Shown: one piece after another, positions 1 to 13,527 of the stretch
Layout: every line of letters begins with the position of its first letter
Position numbering within the stretch: the first letter of the stretch is position 1
NCBI GenBank assembly: GCA_050084515.1
Contig: CM114271.1
Location: forward strand, 41,230,001 to 41,294,000
DNA length: 64,000 nucleotides
Origin: Blasia pusilla
Lineage: Eukaryota
Direction: 5' to 3'
Program-made: the position numbers and the translations under genes
Notes under the pieces: model-generated
Databases searched by the model: none
The model's input: only the letters and a program-made list of their open reading frames with translations
Told to the model about the DNA's origin: nothing

Positions 1-1415
1 GAACTCCTCCTTGTCGGCTTAACAATGTTGTCAAAGTTCAGAGAAGATCCTCAGCTCCCTTAGTTCCCATTGATGAATTACTACCAAAAGTAGTCAACTT
101 GATAAGATTCCAACTTGCAAACACAATCTACCGCCTCAAAGATCTCTTAGTGGAAGCATCATTTATCGTGTTGAGAGCCTTTCTTCGAGTAAGGGGGGGC
201 CTTCTAGCTACGGCAGACGTGGTCGATGCAATGTGAACTCTCTAGGAAGTTATTTATTTTCAATACAAAATGATTATGTATACTCTCTATTTTCTCACGA
301 TACGTATCACAAATGGAAGTGCCGAGGCGACCACTTCTTCGTAACATCGGACCCCGAAGTTCCTAACTATAAAATCCCTAAAAAATATTTTACGTTTGTA
401 TACGAGGAAGATAGCACAACTAGTGTTAAAACTTACTTGAGCAGGCTTATTGACATCCATGGATCGCTATATAAGGACATACAAAGTACAATCCCATGTC
501 CTTCCATATGTGACAATAGAAAAAATCACCGGAGTTGGAGATCGCATGTTTTGTTTCATGAACGCCTCCCCAAAATGATAAACTAAATAGCAAGTGAACC
601 AATCCCTATCTACAAAGAGTACATTGACATGGTACGGATTGAGGAAAGGAAAATCAAGCACAACTCCTGCTCCAACCCTATCCATACTTGACATACATTC
701 TCTACTCTCCTCAAGAATAGGTTTTGCGGAATTATTCTCCCCCAAGAGGGATAATCCACTCTCATTGGGAAAATGACAAGCCAAGACATTCACTATTTTA
801 GTATGACTAAACTCCTCTAAGGTGACAAGCCTCTCATCTCCACACACCCCACACTCTAGGAACCTCTCAAAGAATAGACCATGGTCAAGTTACTCTCCCA
901 AGAGGGGTGACCCATTCTTTTTAGAAAAGTAAGCAATCCCAAAGCAATACACTCAAGAGTGACACGAGAGACTCAAGATATGAAATAGAAGGTGATGAAC
1001 CCTTGAAGGTCCCTCCTCTTGATATATTCACCAGGGATCCACAAGAGTACAAAATAGAACTAATCTTATCTTGTCTCACATGGTTTCCTATCAAGGCTTA
1101 GCCAATCATATTTTGACACAAGTAGATTACCTCTTATATCTTCCAAAATATCCTCTTTTACCCATTTGATATTTTCCAAATTACCTCAACTAGCCTAGCC
1201 ACCAACCAATACTACTTTTGTTTTTCATTAAAGCACCAACTTCACTACTTTACTTTTATAAAGTCATATTTTATTTATTATCTCTTTTCCTAAAGTTGGG
1301 CCCGCATAAAAGAGACATCATAAAGAGGTTTAAACATGGGAATTTCCTTTTTTGTAAACTAATTTACTTAATAATATAAAATTCTATCTAACACTTAATG
1401 AGGAAGGAGTTTACA
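1..1415. mobile_element. Unidentified repeat/LTR-like sequence that truncates or interrupts the methyltransferase domain of Gypsy copy A
   Basis: No credible ORF. It ends in an LTR-like ...GGAGTTTACA about 10 bp before homology to the copy C methyltransferase begins abruptly in mid-domain. The other end is outside the window. Confidence 0.35.
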
Positions 1416-1424
1416 CACTGATTG

Positions 1425-2300
1425 ATTTTACTATACGACAACGTGGCGAGATTGGTCTAGAGGTATCCTAAGTTCTTGTCGGTATCTGCAGTACGCAGAT
1501 ATCAGCATACACTACTGGCCGATATCTCTTTAGTAGGGCCGCATGATATGGATAGAGTTTGCACCATTCATTTGGTGATTACTCGATGGCCATATAAAGG
1601 TGGTTCATCAGCTGGCCGAGGGTTTGGATTGCAAGATCCGAGGTCAGGGATGTTTTGGGAGATGTTGTGAGTAGTACAACACTTGCAGAAGAGTCAGACA
1701 TGTTCTACGACGTACATTTTGGAGAACTTGCCATTGTTGGGAGACACTCGTGCATGTGTGATGACGAGTATGCATCAGCTCAAGTCTTGGTTAGGACCTG
1801 CTGTGTTGTTGGATGCAGCGAGAGTTGGATCACGCGCCCATCGTCCATCGCTGTGGTGGACAAACTTGATACCATAAGAGGTACTGAGTCGAGCATACAA
1901 TGGAGTTCAGAGAGCACTACATCTCATAGTGGATGCTATTCTTGGCTTAGGCCGTCGATCTCACGTAGTGATGCGGAATGATAGACTACCGTTGGCGATA
2001 GCCAATAGGGTAGGGGAGTTGAGGATAGCCTTACCTACGTTGGTGAGCTTCCCAACATCCCATGCCTTTCATAAGGGAGGGCTAGGCATGATTAGGGATG
2101 AGGTGACCCAAGCATTGGAGGAGCCTATGGCATATGAGCGCGAGCGCGCCATGGGGTTCGCTACGGGTACTACGGCAATGTCTGGTATGACTGAGGTATC
2201 ACGGAGACACGTATTGGGGTATGCAATGGACATCAACTGTCTCACATGGATAGTCAGCCTAGGTATGGCTGAGCAAAGACATATGCGAGTATCATCCATG
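1425..2300 (+). pseudogene. Retrotransposon-borne DNMT3-like cytosine-5 methyltransferase domain (copy A, motif I missing)
   Basis: One frame with stops gives HLVITRWPYKG (motif IV, PC changed to PY), YILENL (VI), DAARVGSRAHRPSLWWTNL (VIII), ERERAMGF (IX), RRHVLGYAMD (X). Colinear with copy C 59842-60799. Confidence 0.85.
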
Positions 2301-4892
2301 CCGTCACGTCCACCTATTGGAGCATTGCCTACACGGTCTATAAAGGCATTGGCTGGCGGCGAGACAAGGAGAGATAGGCATCCATGGACTTCATGAAATG
2401 TCGTTCGAGCGGAGAGTGCGAAGGTGGCCAGAATAGCACATGTTCATTTTTTGGATGTAGAGCATGGTGTAGGAGGTCAGAATGGAATGGTTGTCGCGGA
2501 GGTGGCTAGGGTTGCTACATAGCAACCAAAGCCAAAGGTTGCGTCCTCTCCGAGTGAGGTCAGAATGGAGACTTGGGAGCTTGTGATAAGTCTCAAGTTG
2601 ATAAGAGGAGAGCGAGGGCAAGTTCATAGATTTCTAAGAGGGCATGTCAATTGTTTTGCCTTCAATATGAGAGACTTGGATCCATTGAAGGGTCTCGGGA
2701 TACGGATTGAGTTGGCTAGTGATATGCCAATCTTTCGTTGACCTTACAGGTATTTTGATATGGAGCGAGCCTTGATTCAAAGCAGGAGTCAGGACTTGTT
2801 GGAGGCAAGACTTGAGAAGTTATCATATGGGGAGTATGCATCTGCCACAGTCATGCCAGCGAAGAAGAATATGTATGGCAATTGGACGGATAGGCAGATT
2901 TGCGGGGATTACCGACCTATCAACCGACAGCCAAAGTCGGATCAATATGCCATGCCTACTCTTGAGGAGATCTTTGATGCGGTAGGGCATGCAAAGATCT
3001 TCAGTACTTTAGATCTCCGTGTTGGCTATCATCAGCTTCCTGTCAGGTTGGAGGAGAGGGAGAAGACAACATTCTAGGGGATAGATCGATTCAGGAGAGA
3101 TTTCTTATATCAATGGCGGTTCCTACCATTTGGGTTGAAAAACGTGCCCCTGGAGTTTCAGACACTGATGGATAGGATTCTCGCTAGCTTGGATTTTGTA
3201 CGGTGTTACATAGATGATATTCTTATATTCAGTTCCACGGTTGAGGAGCATGAGCGACATCTGGAGGAGGTATTTCGGAGATTGTAGTTACATGGACTGA
3301 AGTTACATCCAGGCCAGTGCAAATTCTTTCAGGAGCAGATTGAGTACTTGGGACACAACATGTACCCGAGTGGGTTAGGTGTTCAGGAGACGAAGCTGAA
3401 GGCTATTACACAGATTCCACGCTCTACACATGTGAGTAGAGTGCGAGCATTTCTAGGACTGGAAAACTTCTATCGACGGTATGTCAAGGGTTTCAGTGCG
3501 ATCGCCAAGTCTTTGACCTTGTTGACGAGACTTGATCAAGTTTGGTTGTGGGGAGATGATCAGGAGCGAGCATTTCAAGAGCTCAAGGATAGGTTGACAT
3601 CCTCATCCATTTTACATTGATTGATTAGGGATCGCCCATTCCACTTATATACGGATTGGAGCATGTTGGGTCTATGAGTAGTGCTTACTTAGAGGGATGA
3701 CAAGGAGAGGGAGTTTGTTATGGCTTACGCGAGCCGATCGAACAACATTGCAAAGGCAAAGTACAGCTCCTACGAGGGAGAATGCTTGGTTACAGTGTGG
3801 GCCGTGGCACATTCCAGGTGTTATTTATTTGGAAACCCTTTCATACTTATCACTGATCATCAGTCGTTGAGGTGGTTGATGAAGTCCGACAAGCTTACGG
3901 AAAAGCTTTCCATGTGGGCTCTATTACTACACAAGTATGAGTTCGAGGTTGTTCACAGGCAAAGTTGGCTGAGCCAGGATGCAGATGGGTTGAATCGTAA
4001 CCTATGTCTGAGTCAGAAAGATGACACAAGAGCTCGATGGCACGGAGAGAGTGATGAGGAGATGGTGCCCAGTTGGCATGCATCTTTGTTGGTTGACTAT
4101 GGTAGGTGAGCCGTAAATGATGACTCCAGTGGTGGGATCAAATGATGAGTCTTTGGATCTGGAGGTCAGTGAGGAGGCAACATGTGGTCGAGATATCCAT
4201 GATGACGTGGAGGTTGTGGAGTTCTTGCGTATTGGCGTCATAGCGAGCATAGTGAGTGTTAGGGAACGGGAACGGGATTGGATCCTACAGAGAGCCAGGA
4301 GGTACAGGTGGGAGGGGACTCACATTTTGCGGGTATGGGGAGATGGTAGGATACGAGTGGTACCTCATCCTTCCAAGCGAGCACGTGTAGTGCGACATGC
4401 CCATAAGGAGTTGGAGGCATTTTGGAGTAAAGCGTACTTACAACTTACTCCAAGTTCAGTATTGGTGACGGGGCATGCATACTTGGGTATAGTAGTTTGT
4501 GGCCACATGTATGGTATGTAACCGAGTGCAAGAATCATTCAATGCTCACTCGAGTTATAGGTTTAGGTTATCGGTGGAGTTTAGACTTCGTAGGACCTTT
4601 GCCATTGACAAGGCGTCATCACAGGTACGTGTTAGTCATGGTGGAGCATTTCTCCAAGTGGATAGAGTTGGTGGCACTACCGGACAAGGCGAGTGAGGGA
4701 ACAGCTTATGCGTTTCTAGATCGTGTGCTCAGTCACTTTGGTGCACCGGCGGAGGTGTTGACTGACCAGGGTACCGAGTTCAGGTGAGAGTTTCAGGCCT
4801 TGTACGATCAAGCGTTGATATATCACCGCACCACGTTTAGAGATATCGTGAGGCAGATGGGTTGGCAAAGATAGTAGTACAGACAATGAAGA

Positions 4893-5204
4893 TATTGAAG
4901 ATTGAGTTACAGTCAAGCTCATGAGACACCTGAACTGCTACATTTGGTACTCACACGAAGTAGGGAAGCTTAATCTTGGCTAGCCATTTAAGCATGATTA
5001 TCTTAACTAGGGTTAGTTAATCACAATTAGTCTAACTCGAGACTAAGGTTAGGGTTAGGGTTGATTGCTTGTACATACCCTATATAATTGAGAAGGGGAT
5101 CAATCTCCACTCATTGTCTCGTTGCAAATTTTGTTCTCCATGGTGGTGTGTGTGTGTGTGAGAGTCGTTTTCCACCAATTATGTTTGTTTAGCAATTTTC
5201 CACA
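4893..5204 (+). repeat. Copia 5' LTR (TA...CA termini)
   Basis: TATTGAAGATTGAGTTACAG...TTTTCCACA, repeated at 10517 and followed directly by the PBS. Confidence 0.92.
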
Positions 5205-6292
5205 TGGTATTAGAGCGATAGGAGAACATTACTTGAAAATCTTTATGTTTGAAGAGATAAGAGAAGCAAGAGAGCGCATAATTTCAGTTTGGGAGAAGGA
5301 AACTTTTATTCAGAGCTTAGTGGATGTAGATTTCATGTAGAGCTTTGACGATGATAAAACTTTGGAGGCATTTTTAAGGCTTTCCCGGTCGATTTAGCTA
5401 TCTGGGTCCACGACAGTGAGAACGATGCCAAAGGCTGGTTCAAGCCGTCTTATAGAACTCATCGAGAGCTTTCCAACGCACCCACAATCGCTCGATTCTG
5501 ACATTCTGATGCTCCTCCAGTAGCAATTTCAGTATAGGAAAGTGCAATTAGTGAAGAAACGTTGTGCAGTTTGCTCTCTACAGGCCAATTTCGACTAGTT
5601 CTTTCATATAGTTTATCAATTTTGGCAAATTTCATGTCAAGTTTTGTGTAGGAGTGATGTATGCTTCAATTGGAGCAGTAGGAGAGCATGAAATTACGTT
5701 TTTGTGGGTGAAATTATTCGTCATGGAGTATTCCTCAACAGCAATCACAAGCGAGAAGCTAGATAAGCAAAATTACAATGTTTGGAATTTTTGAGTGAAA
5801 CAATTTTTCATGGATCAAGAACTATGGGAGCTTGTCACATGTGATGAGGCCAAGACAAAAGATGATTCAACAGACTTGCATGTTCGCACCTAAAACAATC
5901 GCACAAGGCAAGTAATCCACTACATTTCAATAACAATCAGTTCGCCAATGATAGGTCACATTCAAGATGTTGATATTCTGAAGGAGACCTGAGATGCATT
6001 GGAAAAGCTGATTAGGACATCTACAAAGGCTAGAAAGCTTCAATTGAAAGAGCAATTGAATGAAGTGAGAAAAGGATTGCAAAGCATCAATGATTATATT
6101 TTGAGTGCCAGAGATATTGTTGATCAGTTAAATAGCATTGGAGTGACAGTATAAGATGATGATCTGATTTTGTTCACTCTTCCAAAGAATTACAAATCTT
6201 TTGAGACCTCTCTTTCTGTAAGAGAGAAGTATCCAACCTTTCAAGAGTTAGTCCTTTTGTTAATCAGTGAAGAGATGCACCTAGTAGGTAGT

Positions 6293-6936
6293 TGTCGTGC
6301 GCATACACATCGCTATATAACATACATTGCTGTCATCGAATACACACACAAACACATACAATCCCATGCTAACTCATGGCATCCATACACAGAGACGAGG
6401 TGAGAAGTACCAAAATATCTCCAATAAAGTTAAATCCAATCTCTCTCTACATCATCTCACACCATAGCTCTCAAAGGTGTGCACTCTCTCTCATGTCAAA
6501 CCAAACCCATTCTCCTAATGAGAGGCTTGAGTTACACTCACAAGGCAAGGGACCATAGCTCCGCCTCCTTATGCCAAGAGGTTCAACAAAGAGAGAATAA
6601 GCTCTCAAACTCTCTCTCTTGGAGGTATATCCCCTTCCCTCTCCCAAGCCCTCTCAATGGTAACCTATGCTTGCAGGTCATCTCCTTGGCTCTTGACCTG
6701 CTATAGCGGATCAAGGACCACTTTCCAAAGTGTAAAGTCAACTATCCCCAACATGGAAACTTACCCGAAATAGTAAGTTTCTCTGTATGGCTCCAAATGA
6801 ACCGAAACAAAGGGAAAACCTGCTCTCTCAGGTTTCCCGGGGCCTCAACAGGTAATCCTCCACCTCCTGGGCATGTTCTCCACTACTCTGCAGACGCTCT
6901 GCTAGATCCCACTGATCTATCATAATAGTCGTGACA
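6293..6936 (-). mobile_element. Solo terminal unit (A+B) of the DNMT-Gypsy family inserted in the Copia gag
   Basis: Minus strand starts TGTCACGACT...GATAGATC, matching copy C 55406-~55900, and ends GATGTGTATGCGCACGACA, matching 11864, 12483 and 51580. Flanked by TAGT/TAGC. Confidence 0.88.
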
Positions 6937-9900
6937 TAGCGGTAGCTCGTATAGTCTGCAAGAGAGTGCGCTATTTGCAGGTTATGGATCAAACAAAGGC
7001 AGGGGTCGTGCCAGAAACTTCCCTGGTCGTGGTGGATATCAAACATATGGAGGAAGAGGCACTCAATATAACGTCACTCAATCAACTACAAACCAGTTCC
7101 ACACACAATCACAAGTTGGTGAAGGTGGAAACCGTTGGGGTCGAGGTCAACAATAGAGGGTCCCTGGATCTTCCAATTACTATCGGATAAAGGGTCACTA
7201 TGCAAAGTTTTGGTTCAAGAAGAAGGCAGATATGAGAACATGAGCCTTACAGCAACAAAACTATGTGGAGCAACAACACCAAGAGCAGTACCAAGAACAA
7301 CAACATTCACAAACGGAGTATCTCTTGGTCATGACTCATCATATGGGGGCAATGGTCAAGAAAGACTCTACATTAGATTGGTACATTGACTCTAGTGCAT
7401 CAAATCACATGACCTCACAAGCTAAATGATTCAATAGTTTGGAACGGGTGAAAGATCCTGCAATTATACTCACAGGAGATGACACTCAACATCATATCCC
7501 GCATACCGGTAAAGTTCTAATTGCATCAAATGGTCTTTGTGCTCTTGGAAATGTTCTCTATGTTTCTACCATTGCAAAAAACTTGATCTGTGTAGGACAT
7601 ATATTAGAACAGGGTTATCAAGTGAAGTTTGACGCAGATGGTTATTTCATTGAAATTATGGATGATCAGACTACGATAGCCAAAGGAACTAGATGTGGAA
7701 GAATGTTCAAATTAGATATTTCTATGCCAAAGATTCAAACAGCAATGTATGATCAAATCAGCCAACAAGTCACACATCTAAATGTGTGGCATAAAAGAAT
7801 TGGACATATGAATCTTCAAACATTATAAAGTCTTTCATCATCTAATATAGTAATAAGACTCCCTAAATTAGCGAGTCCTACTATGTTAGAGGTATGTCCT
7901 CCTTGCCAAATTGGAAAACAAGCTAGATTTCCTTTTCCAAAGCAAGGTAGAAGAGCATCTAGGATGTTGGAGTTGATCCACAATGATGTGTGGACATAAT
8001 CACCACATAGCCTTAGTGGTTGCCAGTATTTTGTTTCATTTATTGATGACTTCTCTAAGTATATATGAGTATACTTTCTGAAAGCCAAGTTAGAGCTATT
8101 CTCAATATTCCAAATATTTAGAGTTCTAGTAGAGAAGCAGATTGGAGAACATATTCTAAAATTGCGTTGTGATGGAGAAGGAGAGTATCTTTCAACAGAG
8201 TTTGATGACTATTTACGTCAAAATGGCATCCAACTTCAAGTGACTTGCTGTTACACTTCATAACAAAATGGAGTGGTTGAAAGGAAGAATCGACATATTG
8301 CTAAAGTGGCAAGAGCTATGTTGAATGAGATGAACATGCCTACGATGTATTGGGCAGAGGCTGTAGCATATACAATCTTCTTAATCAACACAACGTCAAC
8401 AGCAGGAGTTCATGATAAAACTCTATTTGAAGTCTTCATAGGAAGTAAACATGATTTTTCCTTCTTGAAAGTATTTAGCTGTATTTGTTATGCTTGTGTT
8501 CCTTTTGAGATACGTCATAAATTAGACCCCAAGTCTCAAAGATGTATCTTCATTGGCTATACATATGGCACTAAGGAATATAAGTGCTATATTCCATCCT
8601 CTAGACAACTTATTATTAGTCGGGATGTTGTCTTTGATTAGCTAAAGTCATGGTATGCTCCATGTGAGCCTATTCCACCTCTAAACTTGTCTGTTGAGGG
8701 GGAGAATATGAGTGTAAGCCACTAGACATTTTCTTTAACTTCCCCAAGTACTAGTGCAGGATTAGGAGAGGTTCTAGATTCATCAGTTAAATCTGTGAGT
8801 CCATGGACGGGAAGAGTATGTATTCAGTCTGTTGACACTAGTCAAAGCTCGAGTCAAGTGTCAAAGGCATCTTCCTCTGAACAACAACTTCGTAGATCAA
8901 GTAGAGTTACACATCCAGTTCACACATTCATAAATGAAGGTTTTCTTACGACACATCATGCATATATGATGACTACCCCTCAAGAATAGGAGCCAAGTTG
9001 TTTTGAAGGAGATGCAAGTAAAGTCGAATGGATTGAAGCTATGGAGGAAGAGCTTGTTGCATTAAGATATCAACAGATATGGAAGCTTGTTGATATGCCT
9101 TCCGGTGAGGAAGCTATTGGTTGCAAATGGGTTTACAAAATTAAGCGCAATCAAGATGGTACAATTAACAGATACGAAGCGAGATTGGTGGCTAATGGCT
9201 ATGCACAACAATATGGTATCGATTATGAGGAAATATTTAGCCTTATTGCAAAGATGGCGACTACGAGAAAAGTGGTTGCAATTGTAGTAAGTAAGAAGTG
9301 GAGATTACATCACACGGACGTCAAGAATGCCTTCTTGAATGGAGATCTATACGAGGTATATATGACTCAACCACCTAGATACGAGCATCCCAAGTTTCTA
9401 TTTTGCGTATGCAGGTTGAAAAAAGATCTATACATGCTCAAACAAGCTCCAAAAGCTTGGTATGGCAAGATTACATACGTCCTACAAGAGTTGAATTTTA
9501 GAGTATGTGATTCAGAATCCTCCTTATATGTCTGGAGACTCTCTCATTGTGTCGTATGTTGAAGATCTCTTGATTATTGGGAATACTGAAGAAATGGTAC
9601 AACAAGTCAAGCTTAAGTTACAAGCATAATTGGATATGAAGGACTTGGAAGAATTCAAGTACTTCCTTGATATTGAGTTTATCAAAGTTGGAGAGAGCAT
9701 GTGGTTACTACAATGACGATATGCTCTTCATATGCTTTCAAAATATGATATGATGGCTTGTAAGCCAATCTCTACACCGTTGGAGCAGAGTGTGAAGCTA
9801 AGAGTGGATGAAGGAGCGTTGCTTGCAGATTCTAAAATGTATATGCGCATGGTTGGAAGTTTGATCTATCTAACTATAACCATACCAGATTTGAGTTATG

Positions 9901-10516
9901 GTGTTGGCCTAGTGAGCCAGTTTATGCAAGCACCTTAAAAACCTCACCTTGATGCTGTGAGGAGGATTATGCGGTATGTGAAATTCTCTATTCAATTTGG
10001 GCTTCAATTTGAACCTTCTCCGAGTTTTCAATTACAGGGATTCACATATGCTGATTGGGTAGGAAGCGTGTCTGATCCACACTCCACATCTGGTTATTCA
10101 TTTATTTTAGGAAGCGCATCTATAAGTTGGGCTTCAAAGAAGCAACCTACAGTTGCTTGATCTTCAACAAAGGCTGCGTATAGAGGAGCAACCAATGCAG
10201 TATGTGAGGTGGTGTGGCTTCATCAATTACTTGTTGAGATTGATCCTAGTAACTTGGGACCTAGTGTAATATATGGAGATAATATTAGTACCATCAAACT
10301 TGTTTATAACCGTATGTTTCATGCTCGTACAAAACATGTTGAGATGCACTATCATTTTATCAGAGAGAAAGTGCTTGCAGGAGAAATTGATCTTGTGTAT
10401 ATAAGTACAGATCAGCAGATTACTTACATCTTTACAAAGGCATTGTCTAGAGATAAGTTTGAGATGTCTAGAAATGATTTAGGTGTTGGAGATATCGATA
10501 TGAGCTTGAGGGGGAG

Positions 10517-10916
<400 letters not shown>

Positions 10917-11506
10917 AAAGAGAGGATTGCGCAAGTATGGCTTGCAGCGGGGGAAATTGAGGGAGTGGAACCTCTAGTTGCCATGGTTGGCTATAGCTTA
11001 TCGCTTTAGTCGACACGCATCCTTGGCGTCATTTTCACCATACTTTTTGCTCTTTGGGAGAGAGCTAGATTTACCTACAACTATTCGACGTGACATAGCA
11101 GAGGTGTTAGATCTTGATGATCCAGATGTGTGGGTACAAGGGTGTTCTCAACGGATAGAGATTTTTTATAGAGTTATGTCCATGGCCTTTGAGAACTTAG
11201 CTATTGCTCAGCATAAGGATACATTGAGGTACGCGAAAATTCAAGGAGGATGATATCATCCAAGAATTATGAGGTTTCATCCTAGAGATTACATGTATTT
11301 ACAACAAGGGGCATCCACGAGGCTAGATGTCACTCTAGGGCGTACGATCGTACGTATGAGCGAGGTATTACCGATCGGAGTCCTCATGTTGGAGGGACGG
11401 GATGGTATGGTTTGGAAGGATCATGTGCGTAATTGTGCGCCATATCACCTTCTGAAGGTGGACGGGACAGAGGATACGAGCTCGGCAGTGCTACTTGCAT
11501 GCTTGA

Positions 11507-11650
11507 GGTGTATGTTGTGCACATATGCGAGGGTTGCAACCACCATGTTGGTATGTGATGGTTATTCTCGAGGGTGGCATATATCATGTTTGATCCCCCC
11601 CTCTTGATGTAGTTCCCACGGGACGATGGATATGTCCAAGATGTATATAG
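11507..11650 (+). pseudogene. PHD finger at the C-terminus of the Gypsy integrase (copy A)
   Basis: CMLC...MLVCDGYSRGWHISCLIPP[frameshift]LDVVPTGRWICPRC: C4HC3 spacing with the typical P.G.W.C..C tail; one Cys is mutated to Tyr. Confidence 0.85.
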
Positions 11651-11727
11651 GGTAGTAGGTCATGTCAGGGAGATGTGATATTTTCTATCTGCAGTTAGGG
11701 GGATCCAAGTGCCAGCTAGGGGGGCGC

Positions 11728-12483
11728 TTGTGTGATCTCCATGTATATGTTTGAGTTTATTTATGTTCATGTGTGGATCTACCCGTGTGTGGGGAAGATC
11801 AATGTTATGTTGTATGGATGTGACCAGCGATGTATGTTGTGTAGCGATGTGTATGCGCACGACAATTGCCACATCTAAGTAGCCGATAGGCCGAGATCTA
11901 TCGTTGATAGAGCCTTGGAGGCAGCGGGCTGTCTAGAGTGTAACTTTATCCCGAGGTGTCAGATCAGATTGAGGATAGGTCTGTTGTATCAGGAAGGTTA
12001 TTTTTTACAACATTCCTATTGAGGTCTTTCACAACCAAGTGACTTGTCGAGCAGGTCACCCGCCCTTGGTAACCTGTACGCACAGGTTACCAGAAGGATA
12101 GATATTTTTAGGAGAATAGCCTTTTGGCTCTTCCCAACCCTATATCAAGGAGGAAGATGGCTTTCCCAAGCCATCTTTCTCATTTTGGGCCGTTGGAGTA
12201 TCATTCTTGCTCGTGTGTGTGAGTTAGGACTAAGTGCTAGCATCTCGATTCCTTCATAGTAGGATGGACGCGGCTCGATATGTCGATGTAGATTGAAGAG
12301 TGGAGTTTTAGGCCAAGTGTGTCATTTTTACTACTCCTTATTTTTGTTGTGTAATCTCCATGTATATGTATGAGTTGATTTCTATACCTGTGTGGATCTA
12401 CCCGTGTATGGGGAAGATCGGTGTTGTGTGGTGTTGATGTGACCAACAATGTATGTTGTGTAGCGATGTGTATGCGGACGACA
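11728..12483 (+). repeat. 3' terminal block of copy A: B1 (11728-11864), AT spacer, A2 (11867-~12346), B2 (12347-12483)
   Basis: Two 137-bp direct repeats, TTGTGT(G/A)ATCTCC...GCG(C/G)ACGACA, flank a segment starting TGCCAC. Two G-tracts lie just before B1. Confidence 0.85.
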
Positions 12484-13311
12484 TTTGTCCTTACAAAACC
12501 CTCTAGTGATCAATTCCTTAGATTCACTCCATCTCTTGCTCGAATGGACAATGCATCAATAGAATCTCCATCCCTAATGCAAGATATTTAAAAAAAATCT
12601 CCTATCCTTCCCCTCCACTTGGAGAGAAATCCATGACCCTAATTTCCCTCTAGTGCAAATTGAGCCGGAATATAATCAAGCCTACTCCAACGCCTCTCTT
12701 GTCCATCCTCTGGGGTCTCACTTATGCGGAAGAGACATGTCACTTACAACAAAATATAGGGTTTTTTAATTGGATTTCGGGGAAGACTTATAAGGTCTTT
12801 TGGAAGAACTTAAGGGTATTTTTCTATTGATGGCAACACATAAAAAAAATAGGGCATTCTTAATTCGCCGAATGTACACGAAAGATGTTCAAGAGAGTAA
12901 GGGGGTTTTTTGGGGTTTTAATGGTGGGTATACCTATCAAATATGTATTGGTCCACGTGTCAATTCTATGAGAATTTTAGAGCTAGCCCAATAAATGAAA
13001 GGGATTTGTTGATTAGTTTTGAATTTTAAATGAATATCTAACCTAATGTGAGTACTTGGGCGGGAGACAATGAGGCCCACGTGTAAGAGGGGAAGGAATA
13101 CATCTTGATGGTGCACGGAATGTTGAACGAAGCTCGAGAGTACGATAATGCTAATCGTTTATAACACATTGGATGTATGTGCAATTCAACAAGCCCATGT
13201 TGTTGCCACATTCTAGTTGTTTTTGCTTAGAGGTCACGGCATGGTGTTGATTTCTTCAAATCTGTGCACGGGGTCTATGGTCGCAAGGCTACAACAAACC
13301 CTGCTGCAAGA

Positions 13312-13527
<216 letters not shown>

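Noticed and set aside
5047-5063. TTAGGG telomere-like repeats in the Copia LTR
   Set aside because: Only two to three units, and not conserved in the third LTR.
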